From Gekko japonicus (Eukaryota): 64,000 nucleotides of DNA. Made by a program: the position numbers and the translations under genes. Shown here piece by piece: positions 24,018 through 36,831 of the stretch (position 1 is the first letter of the stretch; each line of letters starts with the position of its first letter). The stretch is from the NCBI RefSeq assembly GCF_001447785.1, contig NW_015165235.1, positions 1,535,590-1,599,589 of the forward strand, written 5' to 3'. A model generated the notes under the pieces. That model made no database searches. It was not told the DNA's origin and saw only the letters and a program-made list of their open reading frames with translations.

Positions 24018-26595
24018 CACTACACCAGACAGAAGTCCAGTGGCACCTTAAAGACTAAGAACATTTAATGTGCCATTTCTGTTTTGTTTTGCTATAGTGG
24101 ATCAACACAGTGACCCTTCTGGAATTCTCAGTGACAGAGCCCCTGTTTTGCATATGGAAGGCCCCAGATACAATCCCTGGCAGTTAAAAGGATCCGCTAG
24201 AAGGAAAATGACCTCTCCTTGAGATTTTGGACACCCGTTGCTAGTCAGACTAATAAGGCAGGTCTTGCTTTTTAATTACTTAGATGATGCTTGTGTAAAC
24301 CTTGCAATATCAAAATATTTGACACTACTTATCGACAAATCGCACCACTCTTTTTCTCTTGATAGGATATGCTAAACTTTGAGGCCACAACGAAGTTTTA
24401 ACTGTTCCCATCTTATCAAAACCAGTCAAAGAAGATATCGCTTCTACCACGTATAACAATTTATCATCTGGGTGGTGGGTGCAGATTCTAACACTTGTTA
24501 CTTGTGAATTACAAAAATCCATATAACTTGTTTGAAGAACAATTTTCCAGTGATTTGACTCCGAAGAAGCATATTGAGGTGAACAACCAATATATATAAC
24601 AGGAAATCCACACAAATATGAACCTCACACACCTCAGAGTAATATATAGCTCCCGAGCCTCCATTTCTTTATCTCAGATAGGCAATAAACTACAGGAAGG
24701 AAATTGACCAAGAAGGTCATACCACCAGGAGGTGGATAACCGCACACATGAATTCACCCAGTTATTTATCCTGAACAAATTGAAACCAAGTTTATCCATG
24801 CAAGTATAAAACAAGCTGTTATATTGTAAAGATTCCACCCAATGCAGGCTCCTGCACAAGGTCTCAATTCAAGTCCAGTCTTGTTCACATTCTGCTACAT
24901 GATATGAAATACCTAGCCAAGTATTATATAATTTCAAGTGTTGCCGAGGTAACAATTGTTATATATTTTTTGCCTGTGCTCAAATTCCTCTGACAAACTG
25001 AGAGATTCCTGATAAGCTGCCAGGTCTAAGTCTCAGAGTTACTAGGCTACATATCCTTGTTAAGGAGCGGACCTTTCTTGGGGCAATATATCAGCCTCCA
25101 AGTTTCTAAACTAAGCCCTTTTGCCAGATCCATTCCATTCAATATAAGTAGCATAAAGGGTAGCTGTGGTTGTATTTATGCCCCACAGATATGAAAACCT
25201 TGGCAACAGGATGTAGAGTATAACATCTCTACAGATAAAACCGTTGAATATTGTATTTCAGTTCCATTCCTTCTCTCTTTTACTGTGGGATCTCTTTTTA
25301 AATGTCCTGGCCCCACTGGTGGACCTCCTCATGGCACCTGGTATTTTTGGCCACTGTGTGACAGAGTGTTGGACTAGATGGGCCTTTGGCCTGATCCACA
25401 TTGGCGTCTCTTATGTTATTTTGTTCTTAAATAACATGAACCTATCAACCCTAATCAATAAAGTCTGGTTTTTAGCTTTCAGTAGCACACACAATCACAG
25501 TCTCTGAGCACACTCAGTAAGCAGGTTCTCCACTGATATAACTGAGTTATTCACTTAGTCCCCCTTGCAAAAAGGCGTACAGGTTAGTACACCTGTCACA
25601 TTCCAGGATCCTGCACAACGTCAAATTATTTCCCTGAATCCCATTTATGGGGAAATGCCATGGCTTTGTGGTAAGGTATTTGTTTGGTGTGCAGAAGGTC
25701 CCAGCTTCAGTTCCTGCCATCTCCAGTTAAAAGAACCAGGCAGTAGATGATGTGAAAGAAATCCACATGAGACTCTGAAGAGCTGCTGCCTGTCTGAGTA
25801 GACGATACTGACTCTGATGGACCAATGATTTGGAACGATGTAAAGCAGCTTCACATGTGTGCTCGTTCTCCAAGTCTTCAACCATTCCATTGAATTTCTT
25901 TTTTTTACTCATAGATAAGGGCTTAAATCAAGGTTGAGTTCTCAATTTCCTCTACTTGTTTCTCTTAAGGCAGAGAACTGCTTACTCTTTCATGCCCTAT
26001 CATCATCTTGATCTGAGTCAGAAACTCCAGTATGTGTAGATCCCCCAGTATGTGTAGCTTTGGCAATCTCTGCCTTACTTCCTCTTTTTGTGGTTTCTAT
26101 TTGGGATTCAAGGTCTGTGCTAGAAGCCCAACACTTTATGGATGCCTCTCAAAGGTTCAGCCTTACTGGTGGCTGATTTACCTTTTCTTCATGTAATGCC
26201 TAGAATTACGTGTTCTAAAGCTTGATATCTGATGCTTTTTGTTTGCTAATTAAGTTGCCTAGTCCAATAAGTGAGTAACCTATACTACTACCTTGACTTC
26301 CTCTTCATTTTTTAAATTGTATTTTACATCTAAGGAAAAGAAACAGGAGGAAGAGTCTTCTCAGATACTCTTTCTGACTGAAAGTCACAGTTCTTCAGCA
26401 AAGGAACTTCAAAGTCCAGACTCTAGAGAGAAACTGCTGAACTGGTATTTGTTAAGACGTTACACTAATTAGACTGGAGTTTTACATAATTACATCTCAT
26501 CCTGCGCTTCCTACATTTCATGGCCCCTTGATCCTGCTGTTTGTTTGTTTTTAAACCCCAACATAAAATAACTGAATGGGGAAGATCCACTCACT

Positions 26596-27057
26596 CAGGG
26601 GTCGTTTCGTAGAAAAAGAGGTAGGGGAACTCATTAGCATAACTCATTAGCATATGCCACACCCCCTGACATTACCGGAAGTGTGTCATAAGGCCACACC
26701 CCCTGACATCACCGGAAGTGTATCATAAAGCCACACACCCCGCCCCCAACGGTCCCGGCCGCCAGCGGCGGCCTTGCAGCTCCACTGCTGAGCCCCATTA
26801 GGGGCCCGGTGGTGGACCTGCAAGGCCGGCGGGAGTGCAAGGAAGCCCCGCGAAGGCCCTCCCTGGCCCCAGGCAGGGGTGGGGAGAAGCAGGGAGGAAG
26901 CAACTTACCCTCCCTCTTCTCCTGCCTCCTCCTGGCTGAATGAGGGCTGGAAGCGGGGTGGCCGGAAGCAGGGGGTGGGGCTTCGTCATGTGCCCCGCCC
27001 CCCGTACCTCACCCGGGGAACTGCAATCCCCCGCGATTCCCCCCAAAATGACCTCTG
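26596..27057. mobile_element. GC-rich hAT MITE with internal short tandem repeats
   Basis: TIRs CAGGGGTCGTTT / AAATGACCTCTG; perfect TSD CACTCACT. Confidence 0.88.
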
Positions 27058-29412
27058 CACTCACTGCATCTGAAGAAGCGGCCTCAAGTCCACACACACA
27101 CAATGTTAGAATTTTAAAATTGGTTAATCTAAGACGGCACAAGACTTCTGTTTATTTTTGCTGCAGCAGATTAACATGGCTGGAATTACCTCTATGTAAT
27201 ATCTTGTTAGCAATAAAAACATGCTAGGTTATAATCTACCATGGCACTGCCAGACAACTTTGGGAACAGTTGCAGAGCCCTGAGTCTCTCTTCTGGTCAT
27301 GTGGTAGAGTAACCAGGTAACTATTTCACTGCAGAGTCAAAAACTGCCTCCTCACACAATCTGCTGCAGAGTCACATCCTTTTAAATCCATTGCTTGCAA
27401 TGGATGCAGAATGATTTCTTAGGATAGGGTTGCCAACCTCCAGGTGGGGCCTTGAGATTTCCCAGAACTACAGCTGATCTAAAGATTACAGAGATCAGTT
27501 CCCCTGGAAAAAATGGCAGTTTTGGAGGGTGGACTCTATGGCATTATACCCAGCAAAGGTCCCCACCCGCCCCAAGCTCCACCTTTAAAACTCTTGGAAC
27601 TTCCCAACTCAGAGTTGGAATCCCTTATTTAGGACTGCACTGCCACACTATGTTCAGAATGCGGGGGTGCCAATTCAGGTTGTTGGTGAGGCAATATTCA
27701 AACACCTGCTCCTAGATACATTTATGATTAAACTGTGAAATAAAAGCCCTGTAGTTTTTAAAGCATTTGTTGTGGTAACTTTATAGTGTACAACATCTAG
27801 AGACCAATGCTATTGTGGAGTGCTCACAGGTGCTCCACAACAGGCGGTCGTCATTTATTCCATCTCAGAAACATCCAATTTTGTGGCATCACAACCTAAA
27901 ATACAGGTATTGTAGGCCACAACTATCATTCTATTGTTCCTGTGTAAATGTTTATTTTTTTTAACTTCAGCTTTCTCGTGTGTGAGTAGAAGGCTGATAC
28001 AGCAGTCCACTAATGTGTCACCCTGTTATTGCTTTTTATTCAAAGCTGACCCAGTTTGTTTCTTGGTTGGTCTGAAAGCAACGGGATTAGGGTTACATTG
28101 CCTTCTGAATAACCCAGATGCAAACCTAAGTCCGTCACCAACAGTATGCAGTGAATGCCACAGTGGCATAACAGAAGGTGCACGGCACATGCCCCACTTC
28201 CTCAAGCAGTATAACGTTCCAGAGGAAGCATTCACTATTATAGTTCTTTCTGAATTAGACTTAGCATCATTATAATGACACCAGATGTCATGACAAATAT
28301 ACAAGTGGAAGAGCTTAAGGAAGCAAAACTGTACTTCTAAAGGGCAGCCCATCGCCTCCCCTCCTGCGCAGGTAATGGTGGTATATGAATATTTTAATAA
28401 ATCCATAGAGAGGGACACCCCAAGATACTCTACCATCACTCAACCCAAAGTTCACTCACTTTCCTTGTCCTCTTGTCTTTGAAACTAATGTTTCTCTCAC
28501 CATCCCTTTCACTTCCTCACTATCACTGATTCACACATTATGGAGAACCTGCAACTCACACCGACCATCCAACAGGGCAGGGATCTCAGCCCAAACCTGT
28601 GAATTGCATAATGTGAGAATCAGCCTGTCACCACTCCCTTCGGCACTCTTCTTTCCACCCTTCTCCCTTCAGCTCAATGGGTGTCACTTCCTCCAGGCTC
28701 TGATGGTTAAGAAGTACTCATTAGCTCCTTTTTATGAAACATTAACATTGAGCCTGCTAGTTGATAATCTGCCTGACAAAATAATGGCCAACCAGATGCA
28801 GCAAATCTACATTGCCAACCGTAACCGTTTTCAGCTTGACACCAGGGCGGGAGGGGGAGGTCTACAAAACTTTGGGGTCCAAAGAGCTGGACAAGTCATG
28901 TGATTAATATGATATTTCATTGAGGTCTGGATGGTGCAAGTGAGGCCCAGAAGGGCTCTTTGTCTAAGGGTCAATGGTAGGTCTCAGCAAGCAGAGTATT
29001 ATCTATATACATAGAATTTTTAAAGTGAAAATTCTGTCTGCAAAAAAACCCCTTTCCAATTACTCTCTGTTGAAGAAGGAAATACTTGTGTGTACAGAGA
29101 TGGTTTCCCTTCAAGTGTCAGAAGCCCAAGAGCATACAGAGGACTTTAGACCTTGGGCAGGCGCAATTCAGTGTGCTTAAATTTACGATCACTGTCAGAA
29201 ATCACTCATTTGCAAGCCTGTGTGACTTTCTAATTTGCCGGGAACAAGGACTTCTCTTGGAAGCACGGTCAAGGTGACGTACTGGTTAACCCTCTCTGTG
29301 TCGAAGCCTGTGATAGTGCAGCTTCCACATTCACAATCAGAGATGGTTTTTATACCTTTAAATGCTCTAAGCCACCGAGCAAAGCCGCAGCCACTACCTG
29401 CTTCCCTGGCAC

Positions 29413-29618
29413 CAGTGTTCCCTCTAAGCTGAGTTAGTGTGAGCTAGTGCACAGATTTTTAGCCTGCAGCTCACACATTTTTGTCTTAGCTCAGGAAGGA
29501 TGGCTACGGAGCAAACTAATTTATGCTGTAGCCAAATCGCTCGCTCACAACTTTAATGCCAGTAGCTCACAAAGTAGAATTTCTGCTCACAAGACTCCAC
29601 AGCTTAGAGGGAGCATTG
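29413..29618 (+). mobile_element. hAT MITE (CAGTGTTCCCTCTAAGC family)
   Basis: TIRs present; TSD CCTGGCAC / CCTGCCAC (7 of 8 match). Confidence 0.85.
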
Positions 29619-29884
29619 CCTGCCACCACTGATCTTTCCCTCCAATCTGGCCACAACAGACAAAGAAGAAGATGGGTGAGAGGTGTAAGAGGACTAGTGG
29701 ATGAACAGCACCAGAGACCAGCTTACTCTAGTCTCTTTCAGTATTTGAGAGCATTTAAAGGTATAGGCACACCCCCATTTCTGAGCTCAGGACAAGCCCA
29801 CTATAGAGATTTTATTAACAGTATTCTTAGGGAGAGCACCTCAACAGGAAAGGTGTGAATTTAGAACAAAACCTGAAGTATATC

Positions 29885-30171
29885 TGAAAAGTATGCAGAC
29901 GGAGAGTGATTTTAGCAAAGCGTACTTTATTCGATCAGGAACAAGATGGCTTTGGCCGGCTCGCAGGCCGGCTTATATCCCCTCGAGAAACCGCCACCCA
30001 AAACACACCCCTACTTCCCTATAGGTTATTTACAGTGGCTGAGAGTCCCATAGGCTCTCGGCCGGGAACCTAGCCCCCTGATTGGAGCGGGCTAGGATCC
30101 GCATAGTCCATTGTCTCTTGGAGCGAAGCTCTGCGTTTGTCTCAGGACTTGTCTGGACTGGATACATTACA
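29885..30171 (-). mobile_element. Young solo LTR (287 bp)
   Basis: TG...CA termini, 5-bp TSD ATATC (29880-29884 and 30172-30176), minus-strand CCAAT, TATA-like and AATAAA motifs in LTR order, CpGs retained. Confidence 0.8.
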
Positions 30172-30675
30172 ATATCTGTGTATTTTCTCAGACTACCCTT
30201 TAACCAATTATGTTGTGCTCTTCTAAAAGAGGCTTCAAAATTCCTGCACTACTTTCCTAAAGTACAGATACACACCTCTATAGAATTCCATTTGTTCAGA
30301 AACAAATTTATATTGTCCTCCAACTGCTCATAGCCAAAGGGCTTTTCATGCCTTTTTTTGGGTTGGAACATAATATATATGCAAATATATGTACCCTGAA
30401 GCACAAAGAATATCTGCTGATGAAGTATTTTGAATTATGATGGTTTTACAGAAACAGAGATTTTTAAACCCACATGAAGAGCTCTTTTGAAAATGTGGAT
30501 TTCCTTGATACCAAGTAGTGTTAAGATCTTTTCAGCGTTACAAAGTGAACAATTATGCCTCAAGTGTTTCCCCATCCCACATTCATTTCATGCTTCCAGA
30601 AGTGTGACGCTCAGCTGTATGAAAGCTGATGCCTCAGCACAGTATTATATTCTGTATGAAATGTGCTGCTCAAGA

Positions 30676-30957
30676 AGAGAAGAAGAAGAGATTGGCTTTA
30701 TACCCCGCCCTTCACTACCCGAAAGAGTTTCAGAGCAGCTTACAGTCTCCTTTCCCTTCCCCTCCCCACAACAGACACCTTTTGAGGTAGGTGGAGCTGA
30801 GAGAGTTCTTTCAAGGACTGTTCCTGAGAGAACAGCGCTGAACAACTTGTAACTGACCCAAGGTCACACCAGCAGCTGCATGTGGAGGAGTGGGGAATCG
30901 AACCTGGTTCTCCCAGATTAGAGTCTGCAGTCCTAACCACTACACCAAACTGGCTCT
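30676..30957 (-). mobile_element. tRNA-derived SINE, same family as 23723-24017
   Basis: Same head, body and tail. A partial copy lies at 58626-58757 (+). Confidence 0.85.
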
Positions 30958-32379
30958 CCAGGAGGGTTCAGTGCTAAGATGTACTAGAAGCTCTTCAAGT
31001 ATATGTTCCTTATTTATATAATTGGTTTTATTACTACATTGCATTGTACAGTTCCACTGCCATCAGGTTGGGGTTCAAATATTTTGAATCTGGGGACTTT
31101 CTGCCTAAAACCCATCAGGAACTTTCCTAACCAAAACACATAATGGTATTTGCCTTATAAAAGTAATATAAAACTGCAAGTAAAACTATATGACAAATAA
31201 AGCAGAAATCATAGAGGCCAGGCATCAATCCAGCCTTCAAGCCACAACGTAATGAATAAGTTTTCATCTGCATTTCATTTTCACAAGTATATATATTGTT
31301 TCAGCAAGGGAGTTGCTTGGTTTAGATCCAAAGAATCGTGTGCAGACTAGAGCTCACAGAAGGGATCTCTGCTGCCATCAATTCCAGTGCAGCTTCCCTC
31401 CACACTCAAATAGGCACTCTTGAGGTTTGGGGGCCCTCATGAATAACAGAGAAAGCAGGGGGGGCTGCAGTGAGAAAGGAGAATTGTAGAAATCCCCCCT
31501 ACCTGTGCAAGATCCTACACCGACTGCAGTTCCATGCCATACACATTCCATGCCATTCCCATGGGCCTCTGAAACACCAACAGCTCTGTAGAGCTCCACC
31601 AGAGACCACAGCAAAGATCTTTTCTATGTGTCCTGCTTGTAGTTCTTTGGAATGAAACCATTCCTCTTTTCTACTAGTGGGCAACAGGCATTGGGATCCT
31701 CAAACATGTAACAGATTGTGCCTTCCCACTCCTGTATTCTCACACAAGACTTTCGATTGCATGGCCCATAAAGGCAATACTCATCCAGCCTTGCAGAAGG
31801 TACTGCAGGGCTTATTAAGAAAGTGAAAGATCTCCTTAACAGGTTAGAAAAATGAAGTCACTTTCCAAGTCATGCTTGAACTTAGAGATGCTGTGTCATG
31901 GTGTTATTTTCACTTTGGCAACAGAGGCGGCTCTTGCTGAACAAACATCTATTTTGTTCTCCTTTTAAATGCTGGCCTTCCTGCCAGTCTCTCAAGCCTA
32001 GTAAAATATTCAGCAAAATCCATGGTAGTGAATCATCTGTATAAAATCTCTGAATCCAGGTAGGTGGAATAAAGCAGGTAACTCTTCCTGGAGGCAAATT
32101 TTAGGTAGTCTATCAGTGTTCATGCTCACAATTCAATAATTTAACAGGTATAAATAAATCATCATAGCTAAGGAAAATACCCCTGTTTCAAGATGAAAAA
32201 GAACAGGAGTAGGTGGCTGAGAAGGCACTTAAATGTTATTGCAGGACTGAAACCGACCATTATTTCTGGATGAAATTTAGATTGTAATGGTTTTAGGATC
32301 CTTCGTGGTGTCGTTTTGGCCCATCATTGGGACTGGGAGGCACTCACCTCAAAGGTACATTTCAAAGTGTGGTGCTGGG

Positions 32380-32535
32380 GGGCTGCTGCTCAACCCCTTG
32401 GCCACTGGATTACAGGGTCCTGCAAGGTTCCATCTTGCCCTCCATGCTTTTCAATATTTACATAAAGCTTCCGGGAAAGGTCACCCAGAGATTAGGGTTG
32501 AGTTGCCACCAATATGCGGGTGATGCTCAGCTCTT
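32380..32535 (+). mobile_element. Short degraded L2 RT fragment
   Basis: Translation QGSILPSMLFNIY...LGLSCHQYAGDAQL resembles the L2 RT at 62190-62320. Confidence 0.65.
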
Positions 32536-32569
32536 TCATTTCCAGTAGATCAGTTTCCACAGCCTCCCT

Positions 32570-33551
32570 ATTAAAGATGGACTTCGTAGGCACATTGATG
32601 AACAAAAGCTACTGAGGAAGAATCAGGATGGATTCTGTAAGGGAAGATCTTGTCTCACTAACCTTCTAGAGTTCTTTGAGGGGGTGAACAAGCATGAGGA
32701 CAAAGGTGACTCAATAGATGTTGTTTACCTAGACTTCCAGAAAGCTTTTGATAACGTTCCTCAACAAAGGCACCTAAGTAAACTCAGTAGTCATGGGATA
32801 AGAGAACAAGTCCTCTTGTGGATTAAAAGACATATAAATGGGCAGTTTTCACAGTGGAAGGTAGGAAGCAGTGGGGTGCTGCAGAGCTCAGTACTAGGTC
32901 CAGTGCTTTATAACTTGTTCATTAATGATTTGGGGTTGGGAGTAAGCAGTGAAGTGGCTAAGTTTGCAGATGACACTAAGTTGTTCAGGGTGGTGAAAAC
33001 CAGGGAAGATTGTGAGGTGCTCCAGAGGGATCTGTCAATATAAGTTGTGGGCACTCAATGAAACTGATGAGCAGTAGGGTTAGAACAGATAAAAGTACTT
33101 CTTCACTCAAAGAGTAATTAACGTGGAATTCAGTGCCACAGAAAGTTGTGGCAACTACAAGCAAAGACAGCTTAAAGAGGGGATTAGATAAACATTATGG
33201 AGCAGAAATCCATCAGTGGCTGTTAGCCACATGGTATAATAATAATACCTTTCGATTTATTGATCGCTCAATCCGGCAGAGCTGCTGGCTCTGAGCGATT
33301 TACAGTTACACGGTTTCACACAAGGGACTAACAATTTCATAGGGGGGTAAGGGAGGACAACATATAATTCTTTAAATTGCACACATTTGCACACACTATG
33401 TCTGGGGTACTGATGCTCTGTATTCTTGGTGCTTGGAGGGTGACAGTGGGAGGGCTTCTGGAGAGCTGGCCCCACTGGTAGGCCGCCTGATGGCACCTGG
33501 GTGTGTTGGACTCGATGGGCTTGATCCAGCATGGCTTTTCTTATGTTCTTA
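32570..33551 (+). mobile_element. CR1 fragment with a large internal deletion near 33040
   Basis: RT motifs (YLDFQKAFD, FADDTKL) jump directly into the 3' terminal region and tail. Confidence 0.85.
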
Positions 33552-33612
33552 AGGAAAGGTGACAAAAGGAGACTACGTCACGGCAAGGTGGACAAACAGG
33601 CTGGCAGGGTGG

Positions 33613-34447
33613 AATCATAGAATCACAGAGTTGGAGGGACCTCCAGGGTCATCTAGTCCAACTTCCTTCACTTCACAAATACCTTCCCCACACACACACA
33701 CCCCAGTGACCACTGCTCCATACCCAGAAGACGACAAAAAAACCTTCAGGATCTCCAGCCAAACTGGCCTGGAGAAAAATCGCTTCCTGACCCTAAAGTG
33801 GTGATCAGCATTTCCCTGGGTCATAAGAACTAAGCACTGATGCAAGCCTTCCTGCCCCCCTATCATGATCTGCCTAAGTTCACAGAATCAGCATTGCTGT
33901 CAGATGGCTATCAAAGCCTCTGTTTGAAAGCCTCCAAAGGAGAACCCACCACCTCCTGAGGAAGCCTGTTCCACTGAGGAACTGCTCTAACTGTCAGGAA
34001 GTTCTTCCTAATGTTTAGCCGAAAACTCTTTTGATTTAATTTCAACCTGTTGGTTCTGGTCCGATCTTCTGGTCCAAACAACTTCATTCCATCCTCTATA
34101 TGACAGCCCTTCAAGTACTTGAAGATGGTCATCATATCACCTCTCAGTTGTCTCCTTGCCAGGCTAAACATACCCAGCTCCTTCAACCTTTCCTCATAGG
34201 ACTTGGTCTCCAGACCCCTCACCATCTTTGTTGCCCTCCTCTGGACATATTCCAGCTTTTCTATATCCTTAAATTGTGGTGCCCAAAACTGAACACAATA
34301 CTCTAGGTGAGGTCTAACCAGAGAAGAGTAAAGCAATACCATCACTTCGGGTGATCTAGACACTATACTTCTGTTGATACAGCCCAAAGATCACATTTGC
34401 CTTTTTAGCTACTGCATCACACTGCTGCTGACTCATGTTCAATGTAT
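33613..34447 (-). mobile_element. CR1 3' fragment of a second subfamily (different 3' UTR, ATTCTATG-type tail)
   Basis: ORF 33911-34387 encodes [16 protein letters not shown]...WNRLP. The same 3' UTR recurs at 57517-57745. Confidence 0.88.
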
Positions 34448-35420
34448 GGTGGCTTCCCCCATGCCTGGAGGACACAGTCAGGGAAGATCAATAAAAACTA
34501 ATCAGCTCATCTGGCTGCTTGATAGTAATTAGACTTTGCACTCAGGAAGACTTGTATTTGCTGATGAAATTACATTGATAGACTAAGGTGGGCGCCTGGC
34601 TTTGCAAGCCCCTGTGGCAAAGGGTAGACATGCAGATGTCCCAACAGTGAATCGGTCTCCTGCCCAAGGTTTTGGCCATTCATTAGCATAGCCTGAGAAG
34701 AGTCTCGGCCTCACCTTCTCCAAAGCAAGACATTGCTAGCTCCTAACATGGCTGCCAAGGCAAATTTAGCCAGGATGGAACCAGGGCAGACAGCACACAT
34801 CTAAGTAGGAACGGGGTCCTTGGTAACACTCTCTCCCCACCCATAGCAAAAGATAAAATGGAGATGGGCCCGTTTCTTTCTCATCATGACACAGTAATAA
34901 TACAATTATTAGTATCCTATCCCATCTGAGAATGGAAACCGTAATTCCCTTGCTCCGTTACTTACATCAGATAGTTTCAGAAGGTAACTGTGATGGCCTG
35001 CAGTAGAACAGTTGCACTGGAGTCCAGTTGCACCGTAGAAATCAACAAGATTTGGGGGGCATAAGATTTTCAGAGTTAACGTAAGAACATAAGAGAAGCC
35101 AACGTTGGATCAGGCCAGTGGCCTATCCAGTCCAACACACTGTCACACAGTGGCCAAAAATATAATATTGTACTCTGTCTACCTATTGGTTCTTGTTGTG
35201 TGCTGCCCTGAGCCTGCCTTGGCGGGGAGGGCGGGGTAAAAATCTGCTAAAATAAATAAATAAATAAATAAGTAAAAATACCAGGAGCCATCAGGAGGTC
35301 CACCAGTGGGGCCAGGACACTAGAAGATCGGAANNNNNNNNNNNNNNNNNNNNNNNNNNNNNNNNNNNNNNNNNNNNNNNNNNNNNNNNNNNNNNNNNNA
35401 CAAACACCCCCCACCCACAC

Positions 35421-35422
<2 letters not shown>

Positions 35423-35467
<45 letters not shown>

Positions 35468-35481
35468 ACACACACACACAC
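35423..35481 (+). repeat. (CT)n(CA)n microsatellite next to an assembly gap
   Basis: Read directly from the sequence. Confidence 0.95.
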
Positions 35482-36490
35482 AGTGGCAATACAGAAGGCG
35501 CAGGAGAAGTAAGTTTTACTGGTCTAGTGAAAGAGCTGAAAGTTGTAATGCGGGGCAGACAACTATTCATTATCAGGAAAGTAGGGCTGCTATATGCTGA
35601 GCTGGATGCAAGCTAGTCTGAAATCATCCAATCTCAGAAGGTAAGCAGGATCGGTGGTGCTTAGTGCTTGGAGGGGAGACCACCAAGGAAATTCCAGGGC
35701 CGCTACACAGAGGCAGGCAATGGCAAACCACCTCTGAACACCTCTTGTCTTGGAAACCATAGATGGCTGCAACTTTGACAGCACTTTCCACCAACAGGGC
35801 TGCTGCCACCACATTGTCTAGGAAGACTTACTTTTAACTGATGAATTAGCTCATCAGTTTAAGATTGTACTAACTTGGTACAGGTGAGTTTCCCCTTTCT
35901 CTAAGAACATAAGAGAAGCCATGTTGGGTCAGGCCAGTGGCCCACCCAGTCCAACACTCTGTCACACAGTGGCCAAAAATACCAGGTGCCATCAGGAGGT
36001 CCAGCAGCGGGGCCAGAACCCCAGAAGCCCTCCCACTGTGCCCCCCCCCCCCAAGCACCAAGATGCTCCCTTCACCAGATGCCAACAAAGGGAGCTTTGA
36101 CTCTGGAAAGCTTATACCCCCCCCCAAATCTTGTTGGTCTCTAAGGTGCTACTGGACTTACTACTTGTGTTGCAGGCTACATGAACTACATTCTTCAGCC
36201 CATCCACTGAGGCCTCCAGATTGCTAGACGGATTGAACTTTTCCTTCCCCCTTCCATATTCTCTCTCTCTCCCCAGACAGTATTATCCACTGGATGTGTC
36301 CCCCCCTTCTCTTTGCAAAAACAAACAAAGCCAGCCCTGTGCCTCCTAGCAACTTGTTCAGTTGCCACAAAGACAAGCAGGACTGACTGACTGAACCTGA
36401 CAGCCTCAGCAGCTTCATGATGCTACCTGGCAGCCTGGTGGGAGGGGTTGCCCCCGCCGGGAAATCCCAGGGAGGCTTGAGCCCTGATGC

Positions 36491-36831
36491 CAGGGCCAGA
36501 CCCAGCTTATTTTGCACCGTAGGCGAGGATCCCTTCTTCCCCCCCCCCCCCATGACCGGCGGGGTGCTCACAAGCCGTCGCTCCCCCGGCCCTGCTGCTG
36601 CTGCTCCTGCTGCCAGTCCCCAGCCGTGAGGAAGAGGAGGAGAAGTGCTCCGCTGGGAAGCCGAGGGGGCAGGCAGGGAGAAGTTAGCCGGCCAAAGAGG
36701 TGGTGGCAACGGCGGTCACCCGGTCAGAGCGATGCAGGGCTTTTGGCGGGGTGTGTGTGCAGTTTGGCGCCCCTAAGGGCCGGCGTGCTCTAGGCGAATA
36801 CCTAGTTCGCCAAGTGAGCGAGCCGGCCCTG
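36491..36831. mobile_element. GC-rich hAT MITE
   Basis: TIRs CAGGGCCAG / CCGGCCCTG; perfect TSD CCTGATGC (36483-36490 and 36832-36839). Confidence 0.88.
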
